Shown here piece by piece: positions 26,045 through 39,957 of a stretch of DNA of 64,000 nt. Every line of letters starts with the position of its first letter. The stretch's first letter is position 1. The notes beneath the pieces are model-generated. The model was not told the DNA's origin, did not search any database, and saw only the letters and a program-made list of their open reading frames with translations. Origin of the DNA: Mobula hypostoma (Eukaryota); the NCBI RefSeq assembly GCF_963921235.1, contig NC_086097.1, forward strand, positions 51,896,001 to 51,960,000, written 5' to 3'. Position numbers and translations under genes: made by a program.

Positions 26045-26395
26045 ATAGAAACATAGAAACATAGAAAACCTACAGCACAATACAGGCCCTTTGGCCCACA
26101 GAGTTGTGCCGAACATGTCCCTACCTTAGAAATTACTAGGGTTACCCATAGCCCTCTATTTTTCTAAGCTCCATGTACCTATCAAAAGTCTCTTAAAATA
26201 CCCTACCGTATCCGTGTCCACCACCGCCACCGTCGGCAGCCCATTCCATGCACTCACCACTCTCTGGGTAAAAAAAACTTACCCTAACATCTCCCCTGTA
26301 CCTACTCCCAAGCACCTTAAACCTGTGCCATTTCAGCCCTGGGGAAAAACTTTCTGACTGTCCACATGATCAATGCCTCAGATCATCTTATACAC
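26045..26395 (-). mobile_element. Short CR1 3' end inserted in a SINE tail
   Basis: (tctatgtt)n tail; same subfamily as the 3' ends at 5500-5757 and 29243-29600. Confidence 0.85.
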
Positions 26396-27023
26396 AATAA
26401 GTAAATAAATCATCACAATAAGTAAATAAATAGATAAAATAAAATAAAATAAAATTACTCATGTCAGCGCAAAGTGATAGGTTATATAACAGCTTACTTT
26501 TAAGTAGCACTGTAAAACATTGACCCAAAGTTAACTGAAAAAGCGAACTGTTCTACATAGTGCTGCTGACATTTATCTGCATACACATTGAGAGTTTGGA
26601 GCTCCTACATAAGAATACATGGAAGTAAATTTCCCAAAGGACTTTATAGCTGATCGTGATCTCATTCTCACTGTGTACTGATAGTGGAATTCTTATAGAG
26701 TCCAGTGGAACACCAGCTTCCTGCACTTTTCTATTAAAAATGCAATCTGACCAGGAGCATATTCCCTGATGCCATAGATTGTGAGTTGCAGGTTTCATCT
26801 AGTTGCATTTTCGATTCAATTGAATTAACTTAAATTAATTAAATTAATTGGAAAGTACAAATACTATAGTTTGCCAGTGTGTATTCCATTTTTAATTGGA
26901 ATTGGAATTTGTTTATTATTATCATGTGCACTGAGTTTGCTTTGCATACTGTTCATACAAATCAGTTCATTGCACAGTGCCTCGAGGTAAAACAAGGTAA
27001 AGCAATAACAATGCAAAATTAAG

Positions 27024-27877
27024 CACAGCCCACTCACTGGGCTCGTATGGAAACTTGGCTTCTTGTCGGCCCCACAAACGGCCAAGGGAACCAACGGTGA
27101 GAAGGCCACCTTTCATAAACAACATGTGTCTAGGGTCAGTATGATTTGCGGTTCTATCAAACAGGAATGTTGTGAAGTTCTGATTTAAGAAACCTTGATT
27201 TGCGCGAATACTGCATAAATACTGCCCATACGCATTTGTCAATTGGCAAGAAATAACAAATCGTACACCACATAAAATTATAAAGGAAGTATATTTATGA
27301 ATTTCAGCTTTATCAAATGGTTAGCAGGGAAAAGAAATGGGTAAAAAATAAAAGAGCCCATTACAGTTTAACCAGTCCAAATGTGCACATAAAGTTGTAG
27401 CTCATCTTGAAGTTGTCTTTTTACTCACGTGCTGGACCACCAGTCTGCGTGAAAGCACACACCACATTCCGAACTTCGCACGAAATCCATCTCAAACAAA
27501 TGGGCTCTCTCTTGGGAGTATCGGCCCTTCCTTCTTGGAGCCATTCATCTGCACAAAGCGCCTTGTGCAACAGGGACACTCCTCCCACGGCATCATCAGC
27601 CATCTTCCCTCCTGTCCATAGCTCCCACCAAAAAGACCATGACCCCCACCAGTGTCTGTCACAAATCTCTCTCCACCCAGCTTTCTGTAGAACCTTCTCC
27701 CAATTCCACCATCCCGATTGGCAGACACAACATCCCTAAGTTGAACATCATAGCCCCTTATCGAAACCCAAACGTGCCATCAGCAGGACACATTGCTTCT
27801 CCAGAAAGCTAGTAAATGAAATACCCTACAGCATTAGCAGTAAAAATTACAAAAGGGCATTACAAAAGGGCATAACA
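27024..27877. mobile_element. LTR-like insertion inside a Rex1-type 3' fragment (~26895-28160)
   Basis: Interrupts a LINE 3'UTR; right end ...gggcataaca; left TG terminus not evident. Confidence 0.35.
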
Positions 27878-28799
27878 AAAGTGTAACAGCTAAAGACAAA
27901 ATGCAGTGCAGGTAAACAATAAAATGCAAGATCATAACTAGGTAGATAATGAAGTCAAGAATCTAATATCTTATACTAGAAATCTATTTAATAGCCATAT
28001 AACAATGGAGTAGAAGCCTGGTGGCATTTGCCCCCTGGCTTTTGTATTTCTGCCTGATTGGAGAGGGCAGAAATGAGAATGACCAGGTTGGGTAGCTACT
28101 TCACTGATGCTGCAAAAAGTATAGATAGAGTACATGGAGGAGAAGTTTGTTACTGTGACCTGCTGCCTTCATTGTTTTTTAGAATGTCACTCTCAAATAG
28201 TCAAGCTGTTTGACAGCCAGTACTGCCTAGGGATATGACTTTACCATGTGCCAATATATTTGCTTGGAATTTATAATCAGAGACCCTTGGAATGAAGGGA
28301 TTCAAGGGAAATGGGGAAGTGCAAGGAAGTGGTATTGAAGGAGAAGATCAGCCATGACATTAGTAAATGACGAAACTTCCTGAAGAAGCCGAATAGTCTC
28401 GTCCTGATTATATTTCTTGTAGTCACTGAACAGGGCATCATCAACTAGATTGAGACAGGATTCATCCAGGAAATTTGATCTCAGTAAGGAAGCATTAGGA
28501 AAAAGTAACTTGAAGAGGGAAAGGGAGTTTTAAAATGAAGGTACAGTTTAAATGAGAGCCAATGTTAGTCAACAAACATGAGGTTGATGGGTTCCTGTTA
28601 TCATGTTATCATATAGAACAGCTAACAGAGATCAGTTGTTAACTGAATTCAAATACACAATTGGTTGTCTTCCACGAGCAAATTGTGCTGATCTATTAAG
28701 AGTTATTGACCTGAAGATTTGGCTCTGATTCCTCTTTTAAGAATACTGCTTGATCTGCTGAGCATTTCCAATTCTTATTATCAAAACATCAAAAACTAC

Positions 28800-28905
28800 A
28801 GAAACACAAGAGATTCTGCAAATACTGGAAATCCAGAGCAACACACGCAATGCTGGAGGAACTCAGCAGGTCAGGCAGCATCTATGGAAAAGAGTAAACA
28901 GACTG
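28800..28905 (-). mobile_element. Penelope-like pLTR fragment
   Basis: aacacaagagattctgcaaatactggaaatccagagcaacacacgcaatgctggaggaactcagcaggtcaggcagcatctatgg is shared with the other copies. Confidence 0.65.
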
Positions 28906-29242
28906 AAAAGGAGAGTGTGAAAACCAGAATAAATAGAGACTGGATCCCTAATATTGAGACTTGAATCTGGAGCAACTAACAATGGTTGGAGCAGCTCGGT
29001 CACCGTCTCCTTTTATTTCTGTGATCTGGCAGTGACAGTATCAGCCATCTTAAACCATCCATGCAGATTGTAGTTATTGGCAGATTATAGTTAATGGTAG
29101 ATGGCATGTCAGTTATTCTCTCTCTGCTAACTCATAACCTCCTAAATCTGTTCTTTATTCTTCCACAAAAAACCTTTCTGGGATAGTCTACCATAAATGG
29201 TTGATCTGAATAAACTACTTTAAGAACTGCTTTCCCCATTCT

Positions 29243-32200
29243 AGAACATAGAAATAGAACATGGAAAACCTACAGCACAATACAGGCCCTTCGGCCCACA
29301 ATGCTGTGCTGAACATATACTTACTTTAGAAAATTGCCTTGGGTTACCCATAGCCCTCTATTTTTCTAAACTCCATGTACCTATCCAGGAGTCTCTTAAA
29401 AGACCCTATCATATCTGCCTCCACCACCATCACTGGCAGCCCATTCCACGCCCTCACAACCCTCTTGCCCCGACATCTCCTCTGTGCCTACTTCCAAGCA
29501 CCTTAAAACTGTGCCCTCTCGTGTTGGCCATTTCAGCCCTGGGAAAAAGCCTCTGACTATCCACACGATCAATGCCTCTCATTATCTTATACACCGCTAT
29601 CAGGTCACCTCTCATCCTCTGTCGCTCCAAGGAGAAAAGGCCAAGTTCACTCAACCTATTCTCATAAGGCATTCTCCCCAATCCAGGCAACATCCTTGTA
29701 AATCTGCACCCTTTCTATAGTTTCCACATCCTTCCTGTAGTGAGGTGACCAGAACTGAGCACAGTACTCCAAGTGGGGTCTGACCAGGGTCCTATATAGC
29801 TGTACCTTTATCTCTCAGCTCTTAAATTCAGTCCCATGGTTGATGAAGGCCAGTGCACTGTATGCCTTCTTATCCACATAATCAACCTGTGCAGCAGCTT
29901 TGAGTGTCCTATTGGCTCGGACCCCAAGATACCTCTGATCCTCCACACTGACAAGAGTCTTACCATTAATTCTATATTCTACCATCATATTTGACCTACC
30001 GAAATGAACCACCTCACACTTATCTGGGTTGAACTCCATCTGCCACTTCTCAGCCCAGTTTTGCATCCTATCAATGTCCCGCTGTAACCTCTGACAGCCC
30101 TCCACACTATCCACAACACCCCCAACCTTTGTGTCATCAGCAAACTTAATAACCCATCCCTCCACTTCCTCATCCAGGTCATTCATGAAAATTACGAAGA
30201 GTAGGAGTCCCAGAACAGATCCCTGAGGCACACCGCTGGTCACCAACCTCCATGCAGAATATGACCCTACAATATGACAGTCTACAACTGTCTTCGCCTT
30301 CTGTGAGCAAACCAGTTCTGGATCCACAAAGCAATGTCTCCTTGGATCCCATGCCTCCTTACTTTCTGAATAAGCCTTGCATGGGGTACCTTGTCAAATG
30401 CCTTGCTGAAATCCATATGGACTACATCTTCTGCTCTACCTTCATCAATATGTTTAGTCACATCCTCAAAAAATTCACTCAGGTTCGCAAGGCACGACCT
30501 GCCTTTGACAAAGCCATGCTGACTATTCCTAATCATATTATGCCTCTCCAAATGTTCACGAATCCTGCCTCTCAGAATCTTCTCCATCAATTTACCAACC
30601 ACTGAAGTAAGACCTACTGGTCTATAATTTCCTGGGATATCTCTACTCCCTTTCCTGAATAAGGGAACAACATCTGCAACCCTCCGGTCTGCTCTCGTCC
30701 CCATTGAGGATGCAAGTATTCTCTCATATCTTATCCTCTTGCTCTTCACATACTTGTAGAATGCCTTGGGGTTTTCTTCAATCCTACTCGCCAAGGCCTT
30801 CTCATGGCCCTTTCTGGCTCTCCTAATTTAATTCTTAAACTCCCCCGCTAGCCTTACAATTTTCTAGATCTCTATCATTACCTAGTTTTTTTGAACCTTT
30901 CATAAGCTTTTCTTTTCTTCTTGACTAGATTTTCAATGGCCTTTGTACACCACCATCCTGTTCCTGTACCCTGCTCCTGTACCCTACCATCCTTTCCCTG
31001 TCTCATTGGAACGTACCTATGCAGATCATCCCCTGAACATTTGCCAAATTTCTGCTGTACATTTCCCTGAGAACATCTGTTCCCAATTTATACTTCCAAG
31101 TTCCTGCCTGATAGCTTCGTATTTCCCCTTACTCCAATTAAATGCTTTCCTAACTGGTCTGTTTCTATCCCTCTCCAATGCTGTGGTAAAAGAGATAGAA
31201 TTATGATCACTATCTCCAAAATGTTCTCCCACTGAGAGATCTGACATCTGACCAGGTTCATTTCCCAATACCAGATCAAGTACAGCCTCTCCTCTTGTAG
31301 GCTTATCTACATATTGTGTCAGGGTACCTTCCTGAACACACCTAACAAACTCCACCCCATCAGAACCCCGTGCTCTAGGAAGATGCCATCAATATTAGGG
31401 AAGTTAAAATCTCCCACCATGACATCCCTGTACAGGTCACGTCTGCCCCAAAAGTGGTCCCAATGATTCAGAAATCTGTATCCCTGCTTCCTGCTCCAAT
31501 CCCTCAGCCACGCATTTATCCTTCACCTCACTCTATTCCTATACTCACTGTTGCGTGGCACAGGTAGTAATCCAGAGATTACTACCTTTGAGGTCCTGCT
31601 TCTCAACTTCCTCCCTAACTCCCTGTAGTCTGTTTTCAGGACCTCGTCCCTTTTCCTACCTATGTCATTGGTATCAATATGCACCACGACCTCTGGCTGT
31701 TCACCTTCCCACTTCAGGATATCGTGGACGCGATCAGAAACATCCCGGACCCTGGCACCTGGGAGGCAAACTGTGGTAAACCATATATATATAGGTTCTA
31801 ACTGGGTTACCTGTCTGGACATGTCTGGACACGCTTTCTGCTGACTGCTCCTGTGGCTCCTCCCACAGACCCCTGAATAAAGGTGATTTGTCACTGCTCC
31901 TCCCTCAGTCCAGGACAGACACTCAGCATGGACGTTGATCCATTTACTGTTAATAAAAGCCTTTCAGTATTTACTCTACTTCCAGTCCTTTGGAGTAATT
32001 GATAGTGCATTACAAACTCCGTGTTTCTATCTGGTGTCCACAGAATCACCTGTTTGCCCTCCTAACTATAGAGTCCCCTATCACTGCTGCCATCCTCGTC
32101 ATTTCCCTACCCTTCTGAGCCACAGGACCAGACTCTGTGCCAGAGGCAAGGGCACTGCTGTTTCCCAAGATAGGTCGTCCCCCCAACAGTACTCAAACAG

Positions 32201-32380
32201 GAGTACTTATTGTCAAGGGGTACAGCCACTGGGGTGCTCTATAGTATCTGACTCCTGCCCTTCCCTCTCCTGACTGTGACCCACTTATCTGTCTCCCAAG
32301 GCCCTGGTGTGACTACTTGCCTATAGCTCCTCTCTATCACCTCCTCACTCTTCCTGACCAGACGAAGGTCATTGAGCTGG
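29243..32380 (-). mobile_element. CR1 LINE with several internal deletions (ORF1 esterase, APE and RT remnants)
   Basis: CLPGARVRDVSDRV...VVVHIDTNDIG (ORF1 SGNH-like); GEHFGDSDHNSI (APE); GNYRPV, FADD (RT). Confidence 0.92.
31772..32014 (+). mobile_element. Solo LTR inserted in CR1 ORF1
   Basis: TGTGG...TACA termini, internal AATAAA, short aac/aaac duplication; splits the CR1 ORF1 sequence. Confidence 0.7.
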
Positions 32381-33077
32381 TCATTCTATTTCTATTCTTG
32401 CTGTTATTTATCTTCTGTTGGCTGCATGCAATTTTGATTAATCAAATGTGGCTGTGAAATATCGGGATCTGGTATGCCAAATTGGTTCCTTTTAAAATCA
32501 TCTTAAAAGCTCTTTGAAACAGCTGGGTATACAGAAAGAATGTCACAGTTGTGCTGTTTGATTAATAATTGATTTATAATACATTACTTTATGTTAACTT
32601 CCATTATCCTTATACAACTCACCATGTATGGGGTCATATGTTTTTATTTTGCACCTTGTTAAAAGATGCTTTATTTATAATGTACCTGAAAGAGTAGCAA
32701 ATCTTAGCAAAATATGTTTGAACCTACTTGTTAACTGTAGCACAGTTTAACTGAGACAGCTGTAATGTTTTCTTTCCTATATTACTGTCAGGAATGACTT
32801 AGAATTGCCAGAATATGATGCAGCAAAGGCCAGGTAACTGAAGGTGGGACTTGGAGATGGAAGTCAGAAAATGGGATGATTGTAATCCTTCTGAATTTCC
32901 TTCCACCAGAGCCAATATTACTTTTGACTATCCCTTCTCTGCCTCTTGTGAAGATGGAATGGGACCAATTAACCTATGTAGAATGGGAGTGAGTGAGCTT
33001 TGACCCTATAACTCGCATTTTATCCTCCTTGTACCTCAGCAGTGGTATAACATCAGTAATAGAAACTTAATCACTTG

Positions 33078-33340
33078 GGTAGTGTAGTGGTTAGCACAAT
33101 GCTTTATACAACGACGTGGGTTCGATTCCTGCCACTGCCTGTAAGGAGTTTGTACATTCTCTCTGTGACTGTGTGGGTTTTCTCAGGATGCCATTGTTTC
33201 CTCTCACAGTCCAAAGGTGAACCCATTGGTAGGTTAGTTGGTTGATGTAAATTGATTAGCCTAGTATTAAATTTGGGGGATTGCTGGACGTGCGGCTGGA
33301 AGGGCCTATTCCATGCTGTATCTCAATGAATAAATAAAAA
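33078..33340 (+). mobile_element. tRNA-derived V-SINE (HE1-like)
   Basis: A box tagtgtagtgg, B box ggttcgattcc, V-domain ggagtttgtacattctc...gtgggttttctc...tttcctctcacagtccaaag, A-rich tail. Confidence 0.8.
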
Positions 33341-34785
33341 AAATTAAAATTCTCTTACTATGAGTAATTCTAGGTCTTGCAAAGCCAATCTTGCTGATCC
33401 ACCAATGGCATTACTTACAAGATGACTGGCAGTGTCCCATCTAGTGGGAGCCACTAGGTAATGCCCATGATCAATGAAATTAGTCTGGAGACATTGTAGA
33501 TCAGGGTGGAAGGTAGAGATCTAGTGCTGATCCTGGAAAGGTAATCAATGCTGAATTGATGCGAAGTATGATCAGTGTCCAATCAGGACAACGTTGCTTA
33601 ACACAGTGTTGTGATTGTCATCACTACCTGGGCAAGTTTGCAGTCACATCAAATATGTACTGTGATTCTTTTATTCCTGAATGTTTCGAACTAATTAAAC
33701 TTGCAACCTTAGAAATTGCGTTTTATCTATTTTGTGCTAGGAAATAATGCTCTGATCTTCTATGCTAGGAAAGGACGCCATTGGTTTTCAAAGAAAATTT
33801 TTAGAGGGCTTGGTGAAAAGAGTTATGGACTCACTGTTTCCTGTTTTACTGTTTAATTACACTTTATGATCATAAAGGGAGCCCTTATAGAAATGGAAGT
33901 TAGTAATTCCTAGATATTTCATTAGAGACTTGGTTAAAACTTTCTGGAGGGTATTAGATGTTTTTGGATAATAGTAAGTAATCACTACTTGTAATATTTT
34001 ATCCATTCCAATTACTGGATAAAAGAGGAGCATTGTGCACCCTGGTGTGAAAGAACCGCAGAAACTCAACTATTTATACTCTTAGTTTAATGTAATCAGT
34101 TTAAAAATTGGCAATTTTCAAACTGATAATTGTCTGACTCTCTTGTGACTACAACTATCTTTATCTCCTTTTAACATAAATTACTATTCTCATTAATTAA
34201 GATTCAAATAAACTATCTGTGCTGTGGACAGGGGGCTAAGGAATGCAACTGATAAAATGCAGGTTAGGGAATGTTTTGAGGGTCTGGGAACTGTAATGAA
34301 TCCATGATAGGCATTGTTTCTAGTTCATTGTTTGTTTTGATTTGTTACATAGGCATGGGTAGAATAGATCTGCTGCTCATTAAAGAACTTCAAAGTTAGA
34401 AGTTAATCCCTGTATCTGGTAGTGAAATGAATCATATTGTGTTGAGAAAAGACTCTTCCATTATAGCTAGATATGTTTATTACATAGATCAACATTGATT
34501 GAGTATAATCAGTTATAAGGTCAGAAGACCATATTGTGCATCCATGAGTCAGTACTCGTTGAGGGATCAGAGGTGCAGGGAGTCAGCAACTTTAAATTCC
34601 TTGTGTCATCATTTGAGAGGACCTGTCCTGGGCCTAGCATGTAAGTGTAATTATGTAAAAAGCACAATAGTGCCTCTACTTCCTTTGAAGGTTGTAAAGG
34701 TTCAGCATGACATCTAAAACTTTGACTAAGTTCAATAGATGTATGGTGGAGAATATATTGATTGGCTGCATCACAGCCTGGTATG

Positions 34786-37700
34786 CAGTGGCATATCTAA
34801 GATATGCCAGGTATGGCACGTGCCCTGGGCGCCACTTGAAGCGGGGTGGTGGGGGTCGCCACTGAGCAGTTTCTATTAAAGTCAGACAAGCCGTCCTCGG
34901 ATAGTGAAAAAAGAATTTTCTTCAGATGTATGATTTGTCTTTGATTATCATGGGTAAGAAACACTCGGATGGCTTTATTTCAGAGCATTGTGTAAGAAGA
35001 TCATGAAACGTTTCTTCACAAAGAAGAAGGAAAGTGGAGCTGAGGGACAGAAGAGAAGGAAATTGGAGGCGGAAGAAGCCAAGGAGTTGAGTAAGTTCTT
35101 CATGCCCTTCCTTGAAAAGCCCGGAACAAGTAGTTTGACACGTTTCGAGGAGTCACCTGCACCTGCTACAAGTTTGTTAGAATCCGAGGGTGGATCAAGT
35201 ACAAATGTGTCACAAGCTGAGAAGGAAGTCAAGTCAGATAAATCTGAGTATGACGAGTTTAAGAGTGAGGCTGCCACAGAGAACATAGACATGACAGGAG
35301 GGAAGACGATGGTGGTGGTGGTGATGCTGAGTTTACTGACGAGATCTTACCTGACGAGATTGAACCTGACGACACTGAACCTAATGACACCGAACCTAGT
35401 GAACTGGATGGTGTCAAAGAGCCTTGAACCGTCATACCAGAAGTGATTGAACAGCCTGACGTTGGACTTCTGAAGTTCAACAAGGGTACTGGGAAAGCAA
35501 TTCTGCCTGATGCATTGAGAACAGAAATAATAAAGCTGGGTTTGAAGTATTTGCAGAACAGTGAGGGGCCTTTCCTACCAACAAATATCCACTCAATGGA
35601 CAAAACTTGGTTCAAGAGGAAATTGGGAAATGGCCATGGTGAGGAAGCGACTCGCTCATGGCTGGTCTATTCCCCTTCTAAAAAGTCTTTCGTATCTGTT
35701 GTCTTCTCTATTCCCGGTCAGACCATCAATCTTCATTAGAGCAGGAAAGTGGATTCAACCAGTGGAAAGCACCTGAAAGGATTAGTGTTCATGAAAATGC
35801 CAAGAATCATTGGGAATGCTTCACATAGTGGAAAGAAATAGAAAGAGATTTAGCTGGAAACAGAGGAGTTATTGATGCGGTATTTCAGTCACAGATTGAG
35901 AAGGAAAAGCAAAAGTGGCGTGGTATCTTGACGAGAATTCTTCACTGCATAAAATTCCTTGCGACTCAGAACCTGGCTTTGCGAGGACACGGAGTCACAT
36001 CAGCTAGATGATGACTCCAATATGGGAAATTTCCTTGGCTTACTGAGGCTACTGGCCATCTTTGACCCTGTCATAAAAGAACACCTCACTGATTTGGAAA
36101 GTCATCCTGGATCCACGTCTTACCTTTCACCGGGTGTCCAGAACGAATTCATCCACCTGATGGCATCCACTGTTCGCCAGAGTTTACTGAGAAGCATTCG
36201 TAAAACCAAGTACTATGGTCTCATGTTCAACACAACTCCTGATCAGGCACACTGTGTGCAGATATTGGAAGTAGTGAGGTTTGTGGAAGTTGGTTTTGAG
36301 AGGAAAACAGTCCGTGTTAGAGAGTCCTTCCTTGGTTTTATCCAGATAAGACAGAAGGATGCTGAGAGCTTGGTTGAAGACCTCTTAAAACAGCTAGAGA
36401 AGGATGAAATGGAGCTACGAGATTGTCAGTGACAGTGCTATGACAACGCTGCTGTGATGGCTGGACACAGAAGTGGTGTTCATCAAAGAATAAGTGAGAT
36501 AAACAACCTGGCAGTGTTTGTGAATTGCGACAATCACTCACTCAACTTGATGGGTGATGGTCACGTTTTTTGGAACCATCGAAGCTCTCTATGTGTTTTT
36601 CTCTTGTTCAACACAGCACTGGGAAAAACTCAAAAACGCCGTGCCTATGGTTGTTAAATCGGAGTCCAAAACCAGGTGGAGTGCAAGGACAGAAGCAGTG
36701 AAGCCCATCAACAAGTACCTTGAAGAGATACTTCAAGTTCTCCAGGACATGACAGACAATGAAACCAAAACCAGTGAAACAAGAAGTGATGCAAGGCAGT
36801 TGTACAACCGCATGTGGAGTTACAATTTTCTGATTTTGCTAGGATTTTGGAACAAAGTACACATTCGCATTGACCGTATTCAAAAGAGGCTGCAGAATCC
36901 TAGCATGAACTTCCACGATGCTGCCCTGGATTTGAAAGCCCTCCGAGATCATTTTTATGATGAAAGAGAAGTGTTGGTCAGTGAGTCACTCGAAGAAGGA
37001 GTCAGTCTCTGTCAAGAATGGAATATTGAAGTTGAAAGACGTCAGAGACGAAAGAAATGAATGGCTGATGAGAACTTGAGAGACGCTGGGTTAACAGCTA
37101 AGGAGGAAATGGAAAGAGTCATGAAGGGAACACTCGATCATCTTCACAGAGAAATGGATGAAAGGTTCACTCGTTTGCACGACACTGACACCAAGTTTGG
37201 GTTCCTTCTCAATGTCAAGGGACTGTATTACGGCGCCGATAGTAACGACCTAAAGAAGTGCAAAAATTTGGGTAAATTGTACAGCTCTGATGCTGATGGA
37301 CAGCAGCTATATGAAGAAATTTTGGATTGCAGAATGTTGCTATCAAGGCAGGTCAACATGAAAATATCAAGACCTGAAGAGCTTCTTGAATTTATTGTTC
37401 AGTATGGAGATGAGAGCGTCTTCCGCAATCTTCGCATTGCTATTCAGATAACGCTAACCATCGCAGCTTCCATCGCCGGCTGTGAGAGATCATTCAGCAA
37501 GTTAAAGCTAATGCTTTTGTATTTGAGAGCCTCCATGGATCAAGGCAGACTCTGTGATCTTGCTCTGCTGAGTGTAGAAAGAGAAGAAACTGAAAAAAAC
37601 TGATTTTGATCACATCATAGACCAATGTGCATCAGTGAAAGCAAGGAAGGTGCAGTTATAATTTTCATGTAGTGCCATAATTTGTTAATTAAAAGATTAA

Positions 37701-37827
37701 CGAGCTTGACTTGTATTTTTGAGCTGGTATTATGGTAGAGTTACCTAAAAGATGGGTGTCAGATGTTTGGACAGGGGCGCAATTTCAGTACTTGCCATAG
37801 GCGCTATTTTCTGTAGATATGCCCCTG
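34786..37827 (+). mobile_element. Full-length hAT DNA transposon (Tip100/ZMYM1-like group), inactivated
   Basis: TIRs cagtggcatatcta (34786-34799) and tagatatgcccctg (37814-37827), 13 of 14 matching; perfect 8-bp TSD ctggtatg (34778-34785, 37828-37835). Confidence 0.95.
35003..37661 (+). pseudogene. hAT transposase, frameshifted and with stops
   Basis: LATQNLALRGH, NMGNFLGLL, YLSPGVQNEFI, CYDNAAVMAG, VNCDNHSLNL, TRWSAR and the CERSFSKLKL dimerisation domain, spread over several frames. Confidence 0.9.
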
Positions 37828-38129
37828 CTGGTATGGAAACACCAATGCCCTTGAATGGAAATCCTACAAAATGAGAGCTGTCTCAGGGAAGCAGCATCGA
37901 TCATTGGGGATCCCCACCTTCCAGGTCATGTTCTCTTTTCACTTCTACTATCAGGAAGAAGGTACAGGAGTCTCAGGACTTGCACCCCTTAACCATCAAG
38001 CTCTTGAACCAAAGGGGATAACTTTACTTGCCTCATCAATCAACTGTTCCCCCCACCAATGGACTCACTTTCAAGGACTCTTCATCACACGTTCTTGATA
38101 CTTATTACTTACTTACTATTATTATTATT

Positions 38130-38793
38130 CCTTTTTTTCAGCTCAAGCTGGTAAAATATGAGGGGTGGACATAGTCAATCACACTCATTTCTTAAATGCT
38201 AGTAACTTTCAGACTATTCTAGTGGTGGTTAGTATTGTGGCTTCGTGAAGATTTACATAGATATTGCTGTGTAGCCCTAATTGGTTAATGTTATTGTGTA
38301 GTGACTTTGGAATGACAACAGTTGTAGATATTACTATTGGGACAATGTATACCCTGTTCATGTGCCAAAGTTTTTCAAGTTCCTCTTTTAATTCAGCATA
38401 CTTCTGGTGTTTTCCACTTATTGATTTCTGTAAGTTATATATGTTTGGAATGGCAATATATATTAAATAAGTCTGTCCTTATTTATCCTGCATTATTATA
38501 TCTGAATGGTTATTACAGATTGTCCAATCTACAATATCTGAGCAGTCATATAATTTGTGGTATTCTGACTCTAAAGCAGGAAGGTATGATTTTTTAATGA
38601 GTTTGTATCTTAAAGCAAGATTTTGATGAATGATGTTTGCCACTTGATTGTGCCTGTGTAAGTAATCAGATTGAGTCAAACTGCTGCAGGATCCTGTAAT
38701 GTGTTGGATTGTTTCTGTTTTTTTCCAGCATTTTCTACATTTATCATCTTGAATTTGTTGGTCTTTTATGATGTATTTTTGATATGTTTTGGA
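38130..38793 (-). mobile_element. R4/Dong-type RLE retrotransposon 3' fragment inserted in an (ATT)n tract
   Basis: TQSDYLHRHNQVANIIHQNLAL...CNNHSDIIMQDK (RLE region); homologous to 22060-23100; tattattatt runs on both sides. Confidence 0.85.
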
Positions 38794-39957
38794 TTATTAT
38801 TATTATTTCTTCTTTCTTTTTGTATTTGCACAGTGTTGCCTTTTTACAGACTGGTTGGTCTTTCGTTGATTCTCTTATAGTTATTGGATTTATTGAATAT
38901 GTAGGCAAGAAACCGAACCTTAGGGTTGTATATGGTGACGTTTATGTAATTTGATAATAGATTTACTTTGAACTTTGATATCCCTTCAGCTTTGACCAAG
39001 TGCTCTGGGCCTCTTTTCACCATAATTTTAGATCAGAATAATTGAGTCATTCCCTTAGCAGGGAACATTTTATAGCAATTAAACCAAGTAATAATGTTAA
39101 TGTTTATAGAGAGCATTTGTCTCTATAACTATCACAAGTACATGGACTTAAGTGTAGTTTGGGTATTTAATAATTAGCTCACTACCAAAAATAAACTCCT
39201 CCTGGCAGCTCATTACAAAGCAGATTGTTTATGATAGCTGCTCTCAGTTGGGTGGTAGTTCCCTGACAAGGATGTGCAGAAATGACCAAAGTGCGGGAGC
39301 GGGATGCAGGGGGGAGGGACGGGGAGGGGAGAGGGAGGGGGTTGCGGGAGAGGGAGACCAAGCCACAGTTCAGTGATTTTTAGTAGGAGTTGTGCATAAA
39401 TGAAGGAAAAACAATAAACGCTAGGCCAACATTGCCATTAACTAGATCTTTCAAACTAATGCTGACACCAGGGCAGTGGCTCAGCAGTAGTGACTTAATT
39501 CTAAGTAAGTATCGTACCTTAACAGCGTCAGTCTAAATGGTAGTCTTCTTCCCTGGAACCAGGGCAACAGTATGCAGGGAGCATTGACATTGCACTGCTT
39601 TTGGGCAAGTCTTGACAAGACTGATATGAGAGGAAGGGAGTTAAATACCACCACAAGGAAACACTAATTGTCTGGAACGTGCATACTCCAGAGTGTGATT
39701 GCCGACCCCATTCCACAGCCCGCCTGCGAGGGCACACAGACCCTGTGGCAGAATCCATGTTTGTGAGAGTTCCCATTTACTTCAGGGTCAGCTATAAATC
39801 TGTCCTCCACTCTTATCTCAGAAAAAGAACTGAGCGCCAGGAGCCCACTTGACAAGAATAAGTGGTTCAAGGTCCCACCTGGGATGTTAATCTCAAACTC
39901 CATCTATCCTGTCAGATGGGTCTTAAAGGCCCCACGCTAGAAATATGATTGCGTGCC

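Larger units (their letters stand above)
34700..38975 (+). mobile_element. Rex1-type LINE 3' fragment hosting the hAT and an R4/Dong insertion
   Basis: VENILIGCITAWY|GNTNALEW is split exactly by the hAT; the 3'UTR resumes after ~38795 and ends actttgaactttga. Confidence 0.75.

Noticed and set aside
26553..26798. 81-aa minus-strand ORF in unique sequence
   Set aside because: No recognisable domain or convincing splice sites
33078..33135. tRNA gene
   Set aside because: The A/B boxes belong to a SINE head; there is no complete cloverleaf and a V-domain follows
34988..37603. Domesticated ZMYM1-like host gene
   Set aside because: Bounded by TIRs and a TSD and broken by several frameshifts, so it is a dead transposon
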